This document shows, piece after piece, positions 54,950-63,132 of a stretch of DNA of 64,000 bases (the first letter of the stretch is position 1; the number at the start of each line of letters is the position of its first letter). A model generated the notes under the pieces. The model was not told the origin of the DNA. It ran no database searches and saw only the letters and a list, made by a program, of their open reading frames with translations. A program made the translations under genes and the position numbers. The stretch lies in contig JBAOIG010000005.1 of assembly GCA_037045155.1 (NCBI GenBank), positions 257,006 through 321,005 on the forward strand. The letters run 5' to 3'. Source of the DNA: Thermomicrobiales bacterium. GTDB lineage: Bacteria > Chloroflexota > Chloroflexia > Thermomicrobiales > CFX8.

Positions 54950-55846
54950 CTGATCGACGTCTGCCTGCTGGGGACCGGTGGAATGATGCCCCTGCCGGGG
55001 CGGCCCTTGTCAGCGTGTCTGATTCGCGTCAACGGCGAGACGATTCTCTGGGATTGCGGCGAGGGAACGCAGGTGAACTGGCGTGCCAGCGGCTGGGCGT
55101 TCCGGTCGACAAGCACAATCCTGCTGAGCCATCTTCACGCCGACCATGTCGCCGGACTCCCCGGCATCCTCTTCCAGATCGCCCACGCCGGCCGGACCGA
55201 GCCCGTCACAATCTACGGCCCCCCGAGAACGCATGATGTCGTCAGTCATCTGTTCAGCATCGTCGGACGACTGCCATTCGAGCTCGGCGTCGGCGAGCTG
55301 TCGGGCGGCGAGGAGATCGAGCTGGCCGGCGGGCTGCGCGCCACGACGCTTCACGTCCACCATCGTTCACACTGTCTGGCCTGGCGGATCGATCTCCCTC
55401 GCGCGCGGCGTTTCGACCCGCAGCGAGCGCGAGAGCTCGACGTGCCGATAGACCAGTGGAAGCGTCTTCAGGGTGGCGAGCCGGTGGGCGGGATCATGCC
55501 GTCGCAGGTTCTCGGCCCACCACGGCGTGGGCTGCGTGTCTCGCTGGTGACGGACACATCGGTGTTCGACGATCTGGCTGGTTTCGTTGCCGGCAGCGAT
55601 CTACTGGTCTGCGAGGCGATGTACGCGCGTGACGAGGATGCCGAACGAGCTCAGGAGCGCGGCCACATGACCGCGCGCCAGGCCGGCCGGCTGGCGCATG
55701 ACGGGGCGGTCCATCGGCTCTGGCTGACGCACTTCAGCCCGGCGGTTGAGAATGTGGCCGATGTTGAGATCGCAGCCCGGGCCGAATACCCCGGCGCCAC
55801 CGTCGGCACGCCGGGGCTGACGCTGACGCTGCGCTACATCGACTGA
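54950..55846 (+). CDS. rnz: Ribonuclease Z (MBL-fold tRNA 3' endonuclease)
   Basis: LLGTGGMMPLPGR, ILWDCGEGTQ, SHLHADHVAGLPG and LTHFS. The first ATG (54983) falls inside the conserved N-terminus. A CTG at 54950 lies 8 nt after AGGAGG. Confidence 0.8.
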   Translation: MIDVCLLGTGGMMPLPGRPLSACLIRVNGETILWDCGEGTQVNWRASGWAFRSTSTILLSHLHADHVAGLPGILFQIAHAGRTEPVTIYGPPRTHDVVSHLFSIVGRLPFELGVGELSGGEEIELAGGLRATTLHVHHRSHCLAWRIDLPRARRFDPQRARELDVPIDQWKRLQGGEPVGGIMPSQVLGPPRRGLRVSLVTDTSVFDDLAGFVAGSDLLVCEAMYARDEDAERAQERGHMTARQAGRLAHDGAVHRLWLTHFSPAVENVADVEIAARAEYPGATVGTPGLTLTLRYID

Positions 55847-55907
55847 CTCGTGTCTGGCCCGCCGGTGAAGCTTCTTCGGATCCGCAGGCACGATGGCGCG
55901 CTTGGGG

Positions 55908-56303
55908 CTAGTCGGCGACTGGCCGTGGGCCACCGCGCATCGGGTCGGCGTGGAGCTGTGACACGATCGCGGCAAGGAGCATGTCGAGGTCGAAGGGCTT
56001 TGCGACGAGGCCATCGGCTGGGAGATCAATGGCGTGGATGCCAAGATTCGGGCCGGCGGAGATCGCAATAATCGGGATCATCTGCGTTGCCGGATCACCC
56101 TTGAGCTGGCGCGTCGCGGCCATGCCATCGAGCACGGGAAGCATGAGATCCATCAGGATAAGATCGGGGTGATCCATCCTCGCCGCCAGGACACCTGCTT
56201 CACCATCCCCGGCAGCCTGGACGTCGTAGCCCTCATCCGCGAGCAGCTCCAGGAGCAAGCTCTGGATAGCCGGGTCATCCTCGATCAACAGGATACGTTG
56301 CAC
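55908..56303 (-). CDS. Single-domain CheY-like response regulator
   Basis: ILLIEDD, LILMDLMLPVLDG, IAISA and KPFD, all canonical. The start is GTG at 56303 after GGGGGA, or ATG at 56336. Confidence 0.85.
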   Translation of the reverse strand: MQRILLIEDDPAIQSLLLELLADEGYDVQAAGDGEAGVLAARMDHPDLILMDLMLPVLDGMAATRQLKGDPATQMIPIIAISAGPNLGIHAIDLPADGLVAKPFDLDMLLAAIVSQLHADPMRGGPRPVAD

Positions 56304-56473
56304 CGGTCCCCCAATAAATCGCGCAGCCACGAGCATGGACGCAAGTTGCGTACCAGATATTCCCGCGCTCAGATCGTGGAGTCGGCGTTGATTACGTAAT
56401 TTTCACGATGCGCACAGTGACAGATCCTGAGACGATCGTGCTGAGGAACTAGCACGGGGCAAGGGAGGGCGCG

Positions 56474-56683
56474 ATGTTAAGTCACGAACACGCCAACGGA
56501 TTCTGTCCACACCTGACTACGCCGCTCTATTGCATCTGTCGGGAGCAGGGCTATGACCCTGTGCTCGGCTGCGCGGTGTCAGTTCGCGGCTGTGTTCGCT
56601 CCGCATCGGATCATGACGATCCTGTCACCGAATCCTCCGGCCAAACAGTGCTGTCTATCATGAACGATCTGGCCGACGAGTAG
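56474..56683 (+). CDS. Small Cys-rich hypothetical protein (69 aa)
   Basis: ATG at 56474 follows GGGAGGG. There are five Cys in the first 40 aa. The gene lies in a lower-GC intergenic block, and I recognise no motif. Confidence 0.4.
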   Translation: MLSHEHANGFCPHLTTPLYCICREQGYDPVLGCAVSVRGCVRSASDHDDPVTESSGQTVLSIMNDLADE

Positions 56684-56875
56684 CATCTCAACCTTCTGGA
56701 GGACTCTCACACCGAATCAGCCCTGTCGTCGCCCAGTGATCCGTCGCTTCCATCAAGTTGCCACGGAGTTGTAACGCGGGACTTGTGGAAACGATCGATA
56801 CTGTTATGAGCGGGAGCGTAGGCTGGGTGTAGCCGGTGCCCTGGCGCCGCGCGCGCGTATCGACAGGAGTAGAAG

Positions 56876-57793
56876 ATGAAACGAATTCTGATCCCTCTCG
56901 ATGGTTCGACACTGGCCGAGGCAGCCCTCCCCTTTGGCGCGTCGATTGCTCGAGCGACCGGCGCGACGATTGAGGTCGTCCATATTATCGAAGCGCCCGC
57001 GCTGATCGACCTGCCAACGTCGCAGCTGATCCCGGACCCGACCCGCGTCCACGCGTACCTGCACGACACCGCCGAGCGCGTCATTCCAGGTGTGGCGGTG
57101 GAGAGCTGGGTGCGAGCCGGAGATGCGGTGGACGAGCTGATCAGCCATGCCGCCGAACAGCCTGAGTCCATGATCGTCATGGCGACACGTGGGCGCGGCG
57201 GGCTTGGCCGGTTGGTTCTCGGCAGCGTTGCCGACAAGGTCGTGCGACTCTCGACGACGCCGGTCGGGCTCGTCCGCCCGGTGGAAGGCGAAGCTGTGGG
57301 CGCTGCCGACATCCGCTCGATTGCGGTCGCGCTCGATGGATCGGAGACAGCCGAGCAAGGGTTGGCGATCGCTGTCGATTTTGCGAAGACGGCCGGCGCG
57401 GCACTCCACCTGATCGAGGTGGTCGAACCGGTCTGGGCATCCCCCTACATCGCCGCTAGCCCGGATATGCTCGCGGTAAACGTGAACCAGCTCACCGAGC
57501 TCCAGATGCTTGCTGAGGACGATGCTCGAACGTATCTCGGGGCGACAGCCGAACGACTTCGCGCCGAAACACCTGGCATGTCGGTGGACTGGGCAATGCG
57601 CGTCGGCAGGGCAGCCGAAGAGATCGACCGAGTCGCGGTCGAGGCAAACGCGGATCTGATTGTGGTCACAAGTCACGGGCGGAGCGGGATCCGCAGGTTT
57701 GTGCTCGGAAGCGTCACGACCGGGCTCACCCAGATCGCGTCCAGACCGCTCATCATCGTGCCTGCAACCACCGCGCAAGATGCGGATGAATAG
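56876..57793 (+). CDS. Tandem-domain universal stress protein (UspA family)
   Basis: RILIPLDGS..MATRGRGGLGRLVLGSVADKVV and a second half ending VVTSHGRSGIRRFVLGSVT. Confidence 0.9.
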   Translation: MKRILIPLDGSTLAEAALPFGASIARATGATIEVVHIIEAPALIDLPTSQLIPDPTRVHAYLHDTAERVIPGVAVESWVRAGDAVDELISHAAEQPESMIVMATRGRGGLGRLVLGSVADKVVRLSTTPVGLVRPVEGEAVGAADIRSIAVALDGSETAEQGLAIAVDFAKTAGAALHLIEVVEPVWASPYIAASPDMLAVNVNQLTELQMLAEDDARTYLGATAERLRAETPGMSVDWAMRVGRAAEEIDRVAVEANADLIVVTSHGRSGIRRFVLGSVTTGLTQIASRPLIIVPATTAQDADE

Positions 57794-57810
57794 AAAGCTG
57801 GCGGAGGACA

Positions 57811-58935
57811 ATGACAGCGACGATGTCGCGGCATGCGCTTGCTTCGGTCGATGCTGGCGATGACATGGTTCTCTCGGCGCAGCTCGACCTCTCTGGAGAT
57901 CGGCAGATCGAACGCTCCTACCGCGTCGCCTTCGACGACATGGCTCGGCGATATCGCGCTGCGCTGGCCCGGGCAGCATGGCCCGCATTCGATCGCGAAG
58001 TCGATCGCGTTCGCGAGTATCTGGCGGCACTGATGCCGGCCGGCGCCGGGCTGGTCATCCACTCGTGCGAACCGTTGGGATTGTGGCATGTCGTCGCGGT
58101 TCCAACGCCCATCCCCAACGAGATTGCGCTCGGCAGGTTCGCTCGCGTTCGTTCGCTCCTGGATTTCGTTGACGAGCACGAGCCGAGCGCGGTCGCGCTC
58201 GTCGACAGCGAGGAGGCGCGCGTCTTCCTTCTCGAACGCGGGCAGGTGGTCGACTCCTGGGATCTCCTCAGCCTTGTCCCTGGCCGGCATAAGCAGGGCG
58301 GCTGGTCGCAGGCGAACTACCAGCGGCATCACGACAACGTCGTTGATGTCCATCTGCGGACGGTGTGCGACCAGCTCGTCGAGCTGGGCCAACGCCAGCC
58401 GTACCGACGACTGATCATCGGAGGGCCGGTCGAGCCGGTCTCCCGATTGCAGGAGCTTCTCCCACGAACGCTGCGGGAGCGTCTGGCCGGCACATTCGAG
58501 GCCGAGATGTTTGCGTCCAATTCGGAGACACTGGATCGCGCATCCGCGGTTCTTAAGGCAGCGGAGCGCGAATCCGAAGAGCGTGTCGTCGCGCAGCTTC
58601 GCGAGGGTGCCCACGACGGAGGGGCAGCCGTGCTCGGCTTCACCCCGACACTCGCAGCGGTTGCGGCGCGGCAGGCGCGGACTCTCGTTGTCGCCAGCGC
58701 CACCAGTCAGCAGGGGGCGTCCTGTCCATCGTGCGGGGGACTATTCGTCGGGGCGCTGTCCATCTGCCCGGCGTGTGGGAATGTGGTCGAGACGGTCGGC
58801 GATGTCGTCGACGAGGCAATGCGCCGCACGATCGTGTCCGGTGGCGATGTTGAGGTCACTCACGGAGTGGCAGCCGCCGAGCTGCTGGCCATCGGGGCTG
58901 GAATCGGCGCGCTGTTGCGCTATGCGGCCGGCTGA
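57811..58935 (+). CDS. eRF1-fold protein of the bacterial Vms1/ANKZF1-like (baeRF, Rv2629-like) family with an inserted Zn-ribbon
   Basis: 374 aa. The loop GRHKQGGWSQANYQRHHDN resembles a GGQ/GxxQ loop. The C-terminus GAGIGALLRY is typical of the family as I recall it. CPSCG..CPACG zinc ribbon. Confidence 0.6.
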   Translation: MTATMSRHALASVDAGDDMVLSAQLDLSGDRQIERSYRVAFDDMARRYRAALARAAWPAFDREVDRVREYLAALMPAGAGLVIHSCEPLGLWHVVAVPTPIPNEIALGRFARVRSLLDFVDEHEPSAVALVDSEEARVFLLERGQVVDSWDLLSLVPGRHKQGGWSQANYQRHHDNVVDVHLRTVCDQLVELGQRQPYRRLIIGGPVEPVSRLQELLPRTLRERLAGTFEAEMFASNSETLDRASAVLKAAERESEERVVAQLREGAHDGGAAVLGFTPTLAAVAARQARTLVVASATSQQGASCPSCGGLFVGALSICPACGNVVETVGDVVDEAMRRTIVSGGDVEVTHGVAAAELLAIGAGIGALLRYAAG

Positions 58936-58962
58936 TCGGCGGTTGAGACTGAGGAGGTTCGA

Positions 58963-59883
58963 ATGCGAACGGTCGTCGTTCCTCTCACCGATCCCTCGCA
59001 GGATCCGGATCGAATTGCTGAATGTGCGTTGCCATTCGCCCGCGAGCTGGCGGCCCGCAATCACGTTCGTGTCGTCCTCGTCAGCGTCATCGAGCTGCCG
59101 GCCGAAATCGGCCCGCTCTCCGGCTCGCTCGGGGTTGTGTTCTCAAAGGGCCTGGAGAAGTGGACCACTGACACTCGGGAGTATCTGGACGCTATCGCCC
59201 GCACGTTCGACACGCCGGACGTGCGAACAGTCGTCCTCCATGGCGAGGTTGGGCCGCAGCTTCTCATGCTACTCGACGAGGTTCGCGACCCCGTGGTCGT
59301 CATGGGGTCGCATTGCCGGCGCGGACCGCGCCGCGCCCTCGTCGGGAGTGTTACGTTCCATCTGATCCACGCAGCCCGCTGTCCGTTCTTGATCGTGCCG
59401 CCGGAGTTTCGCCGCCTGCATGACCCAGCGCCAATCGGGATGCACCGTGTGCTCGTGCCACTCGATGGCGCTGGCTCCGGCGACGAGACACTGAGCGTGT
59501 TGCACGATGTCCTCGGGGATGGGTTGCGGGTGCAGCTTCTCCGAGTTCTGGAGTCAAGCGACAGTGCCTGGTACTACACCGAGATAGAACGCGAAACGCT
59601 CCGAAAGAAGGCGGAAGCCACGCTCTCTGGCATCGCCCAGCGGTTACGCGAGGCAGGCAACGACGCCAGCACCGCCATCGTAGAGGGCAAGGCCGATGAA
59701 GAGATCGTCCGCGTCGCGGATGACTTCGGCGCGGAGTTGCTGGCGATGCCCACCCACGGCAGAGCCGGTCTGAGTCGCCTCATATTCGGGTCGGTCGCCG
59801 AGCGTCTGGCCAACATGGGGCACCGACCACTGCTGCTGATTCCCGCAGCCTACTCCAGCAACTCCAACGACGAGGCTGACTGA
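58963..59883 (+). CDS. Tandem-domain universal stress protein (UspA family)
   Basis: VVVPLTD..VVMGSHCRRGPRRALVGSVT and VLVPLDGA..MPTHGRAGLSRLIFGSVA. Confidence 0.9.
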   Translation: MRTVVVPLTDPSQDPDRIAECALPFARELAARNHVRVVLVSVIELPAEIGPLSGSLGVVFSKGLEKWTTDTREYLDAIARTFDTPDVRTVVLHGEVGPQLLMLLDEVRDPVVVMGSHCRRGPRRALVGSVTFHLIHAARCPFLIVPPEFRRLHDPAPIGMHRVLVPLDGAGSGDETLSVLHDVLGDGLRVQLLRVLESSDSAWYYTEIERETLRKKAEATLSGIAQRLREAGNDASTAIVEGKADEEIVRVADDFGAELLAMPTHGRAGLSRLIFGSVAERLANMGHRPLLLIPAAYSSNSNDEAD

Positions 59884-59999
59884 CGCAGTCCTCCGCGTTG
59901 AGCGGCTGCGTCGGAACCCGTCGGGTCGCAGTGAGCGTGAACGTTGTGGGGTGGCCGGCCGGCCACCCCACTGAGTCCGATGTTGGCGAACGGTTCTCG

Positions 60000-60233
60000 T
60001 TAGCGAGGCGGATCGATATCCGGCGGCTCTTGCTGAATGTCGATCTCGCCCCGCTCAACCTCGCCCCGGCAGGCGTCACAGAGAATGAGCGGATCGGCCA
60101 TCTGGCCTGGGGGGAACTCGGCCTGCTCGAAAAAGACTGCTTCGCCAGCGATCGGGGCTCCGCAGAGTTCGCAGAGCTGAACCGTCTTGCCAGTGATTTC
60201 ACGGCGTCGTAACGCCAGATCCTCGTCAACCAT
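60000..60233 (-). CDS. Small zinc-ribbon protein (77 aa)
   Basis: CELCG..CDAC. ATG at 60233 follows GAGGAAGGG. The ORF-track start at 60305 has no RBS. Confidence 0.5.
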   Translation of the reverse strand: MVDEDLALRRREITGKTVQLCELCGAPIAGEAVFFEQAEFPPGQMADPLILCDACRGEVERGEIDIQQEPPDIDPPR

Positions 60234-60509
60234 GTCAGCCCTTCCTCTCGATCGTTCGGACGCGGTCGGGCGCGGCCACTTCGCAATCGGCCGGCGATCC
60301 CTCAACGGGCGCGTCCTGCGCGTCGGCGATCCACCTGTGACCGTGATCGCGCACGCTCATGGTGACCTCCTGACTCTCGTTCGGGTCTGCCTCCGGGCTC
60401 AAGTATCGGCCATACACCGTGAAACCGGCGCGGCATCCACGCGCGTTAGCGCGCCAAAAGCGTTACAGTCCTGGCGCTGGGGTCCATCCGCAGGATAAAG
60501 GAGGGTGTT

Positions 60510-61025
60510 ATGGCCAACAGCGAACCCCGAATGAAGCGCGAACCAGCCGGGCGGATTCAGCGTCTCCTCCTGCGCGGTCCGGCGCTGACGTACTACGGGC
60601 CACTGGCCGAGCTGTTCCGCTGGCGCTGCATCATGCGAATGACGACGACCGGACGAAAGACAGGCCAGCCCCGAACAATCGGCGTCAGCTTCATGCCCGA
60701 CGGCGATCGGTTCATCATCTTCTCTGGTTGGGGTGTCAACTCGAGCTGGTATCGGAACATCCGCGCCAATCCGCGCGTCACGATCAAGGTTGGCCGCCAC
60801 ACGATGAACGCGGAAGGGCGTCTCATCGCGGACCCCGCCGAGCGCGCGGCGCTGATGCGCCGGATGCGGGATCGCTCTGGCTCGTGCGGTCCGCCGAAGG
60901 CGCTACGACCGCTGCTGAGGGGATCGCGTCTGTTCGACTATGACGCCGAGATCAGGATGGCAATCGAGCAGGGCGGAGATCTCCCCGTGCTCGAAATCGT
61001 GCCGGACGACAAGACTGCGCGCTAG
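60510..61025 (+). CDS. Deazaflavin (F420H2)-dependent nitroreductase-family protein (DDN/DUF385, PNPOx-like fold)
   Basis: TTTGRKTGQPRTIGVSFMPDGDRFIIFSGWGVNSSWYRNIRANPRVTIKVG matches the DDN-family core. Confidence 0.75.
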   Translation: MANSEPRMKREPAGRIQRLLLRGPALTYYGPLAELFRWRCIMRMTTTGRKTGQPRTIGVSFMPDGDRFIIFSGWGVNSSWYRNIRANPRVTIKVGRHTMNAEGRLIADPAERAALMRRMRDRSGSCGPPKALRPLLRGSRLFDYDAEIRMAIEQGGDLPVLEIVPDDKTAR

Positions 61026-61411
61026 CGAGCCTCGTAATCGTGCCGCCGCTGGCAGGCGACGCACCGCGCCGCCTGGGGCAGGGCCTCCAACCGTCCGGGA
61101 TCGAGCGGCATCCCGCACTCAACGCAGTACCCGTACGACCCATCGTGAATGCGGCGGAGCGCGTCGTCAATCCCGACAAGCTCGGCGCGGAGGTAGCGGA
61201 TCTCGGAGACGTCAGTCTCGGCGGTCAGCAACTCGCCGGCCGCATCGGCCGGGTGATTGGCGACGGTTCCCTCGATGGCCTGGCTTGAGGTCGCTCCGAG
61301 GAGGTCGGCGCCAACCTCGGCAATCCGCCCCAGAATCTCCCGGCGCTGCTCCTCGAGCTGAATCCGCGCCGCATCAATCGCGATGGGTTGGCGTGGTGGG
61401 TGGTGGCGCAT
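61022..61411 (-). CDS. TraR/DksA-family C4 zinc-finger protein
   Basis: CVECGMPLDPGRLEALPQAARCVACQ. ATG at 61411 follows GAGGAAGG. Confidence 0.8.
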   Translation of the reverse strand: MRHHPPRQPIAIDAARIQLEEQRREILGRIAEVGADLLGATSSQAIEGTVANHPADAAGELLTAETDVSEIRYLRAELVGIDDALRRIHDGSYGYCVECGMPLDPGRLEALPQAARCVACQRRHDYEAR

Positions 61412-61726
61412 AATACCTTCCTCGTCCAATGGCTCTACTCCCCTTCAGTCTGGCTGGGAGTGGCCCTTCTCAGCGCTATTGTCCAGCGCTACGCATCGCG
61501 CTTGCGTTACAGAGCCACCCCGTACGTAGCAACTTCGTGACGATTCAGACCGCGCGGGTTACTCATGCGCGCCTGTATCGACACGCCGTAACCGCCGCGC
61601 CGGCGCAATTGTCACGGAGCTGACACTCCTGCCAGCCGAACGTCGCGCGATTGTGACGCGTCGCCGGGTACGGTGATACGGCGATTCATAGCGCGGCGAG
61701 TCATGTGGAGTCGGGAGGGTGGTGGA

Positions 61727-62008
61727 ATGCGCTTTCGGGTTGTAGCAGTCCCGGCGAACTTCGTCCCGTATGACAGCTTCGTCGTCGAGGATCAGGATGG
61801 CCGGTGGTATCTCTTTGAACGCGGCCGGCTGGAGGTTCTCGCGATCGACGACGCGGCCCTGGTGCTGACTGTCTTCGAGCCGTCGTTGTCGCTCGGCTGG
61901 CACAGCGCAGACGAGCTGGTTCATCTGCTTGGCAAGGGTTCCGACAGTCGTCGGTATCGCTTCAGCTCCCCAACACGCACCCGAAGCGCGACCCCTGCCG
62001 CCGCCTGA
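61727..62008 (+). CDS. Hypothetical protein (93 aa)
   Basis: ATG follows GGGAGGGTGG. Codon usage is GC3-rich. I recognise no motif. Confidence 0.35.
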   Translation: MRFRVVAVPANFVPYDSFVVEDQDGRWYLFERGRLEVLAIDDAALVLTVFEPSLSLGWHSADELVHLLGKGSDSRRYRFSSPTRTRSATPAAA

Positions 62009-62184
62009 CCACCCTGCGGCCACGCCGATAGTCAGACTTGTCACACTCCTGAGGCACATCCACCCCGGACGTTGTGACTTCGACACGCTGTCGCTGCGAC
62101 GATAGCAATGCCGGGGGCGGCTCGGCACGTTCATCATGACGGCGCCTGGGTTTGATGCGCCGGGACTGGAGGTGCGTGGTGGGA

Positions 62185-62484
62185 ATGAATGTTCGATACC
62201 ACGATTATGGAGAGACCGGATCGCGCCTTCGCGCGATCGTAGATCGGCGAGTAGATCTTCTGGCTCAGATCCTTGCGGGCGAGCCCGGCGAGAAGACGCT
62301 CTTCGTCGATTTGCACTACGATCTGCGCGACGACGCAATCCACGCACACCTGATACTCGATCTCGGCGCAGAGAGCTTGCGCGCGGATGCCCGCGCTCGA
62401 GACCGAGCAGTGGCGCTGACCTCGGCGTTCGCAACGCTGTGTCGGGCTGCCCGCGCCCGCGCCGGGCAGCCCGTCGCAGCGTGA
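62185..62484 (+). CDS. Hypothetical protein (99 aa)
   Basis: ATG follows GGAGGTGCGTGGTGGGA. There is a competing antisense ORF (62134..62532). I recognise no motif. Confidence 0.35.
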   Translation: MNVRYHDYGETGSRLRAIVDRRVDLLAQILAGEPGEKTLFVDLHYDLRDDAIHAHLILDLGAESLRADARARDRAVALTSAFATLCRAARARAGQPVAA

Positions 62485-62486
62485 TG

Positions 62487-63128
62487 TCAGTGTGCGATCA
62501 CCAGCCTGTCGCGGGCGAGCGCGGCGAACCATCCGTGCAGGCGTCCATCATCGGTCAGCTCCGGGTGGAACGACGTCCCCAGTAGCCGGCCATCTGAGAC
62601 GGCGACGATGTTGCCCCGCCCATCGGTTGCCTCGGTTGTCACCGACGGCCCGACACGCGACACCACCGGCGCGCGGATAAACACTGCCCGCAGATCCGTG
62701 ATCCCGAAGCGCGTCAGGGCGATGTCTTCCTCAAACGACGCCAGCTGTGATCCATAGGCATTGCGCTCGACGTCGATATCGAGCAGTCCGAGCAGCGGTT
62801 GATCGCGGCCAACCTCGCGGGCCAGCAGGATCATTCCGGCGCAGGTGCCCCAGATCGCGCCACCCCGGCCGGCGAACGACCGAATGGCGTCGTCGAGTCC
62901 ATACTTCACCATCAGCTTGCCGATAACCGTGCTCTCGCCGCCGGGGATGATCAGCCCGGCCAGCCCGTCGAGATGCTCGGGCAACCTCACCTCTCGCGTT
63001 GGAACGCCCAGCCGGGCCAGAACGGCGAGATGCTCGACAAACGCGCCCTGGAGGGCGAGGACGCCGATTGCGCTCTCGCCCTCGACAGCAGGCGGCAGGG
63101 ATGGGTTGACGCGATGCCGCCCGTTCAT
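62487..63128 (-). CDS. pdxT: Pyridoxal 5'-phosphate synthase glutaminase subunit PdxT
   Basis: IGVLALQGAF.EH, IIPGGESTV, GTCAG (catalytic Cys) and FHPE. Confidence 0.9.
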   Translation of the reverse strand: MNGRHRVNPSLPPAVEGESAIGVLALQGAFVEHLAVLARLGVPTREVRLPEHLDGLAGLIIPGGESTVIGKLMVKYGLDDAIRSFAGRGGAIWGTCAGMILLAREVGRDQPLLGLLDIDVERNAYGSQLASFEEDIALTRFGITDLRAVFIRAPVVSRVGPSVTTEATDGRGNIVAVSDGRLLGTSFHPELTDDGRLHGWFAALARDRLVIAH

Positions 63129-63132
63129 CGGC

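Noticed and set aside
56684-56875. DosR-type 20-bp palindromic box upstream of the USP operon
   Set aside because: Only half-site-like GGGACTT/GGACTC strings are present with no matching inverted half, and no DosR-type (REC-LuxR) regulator is adjacent.
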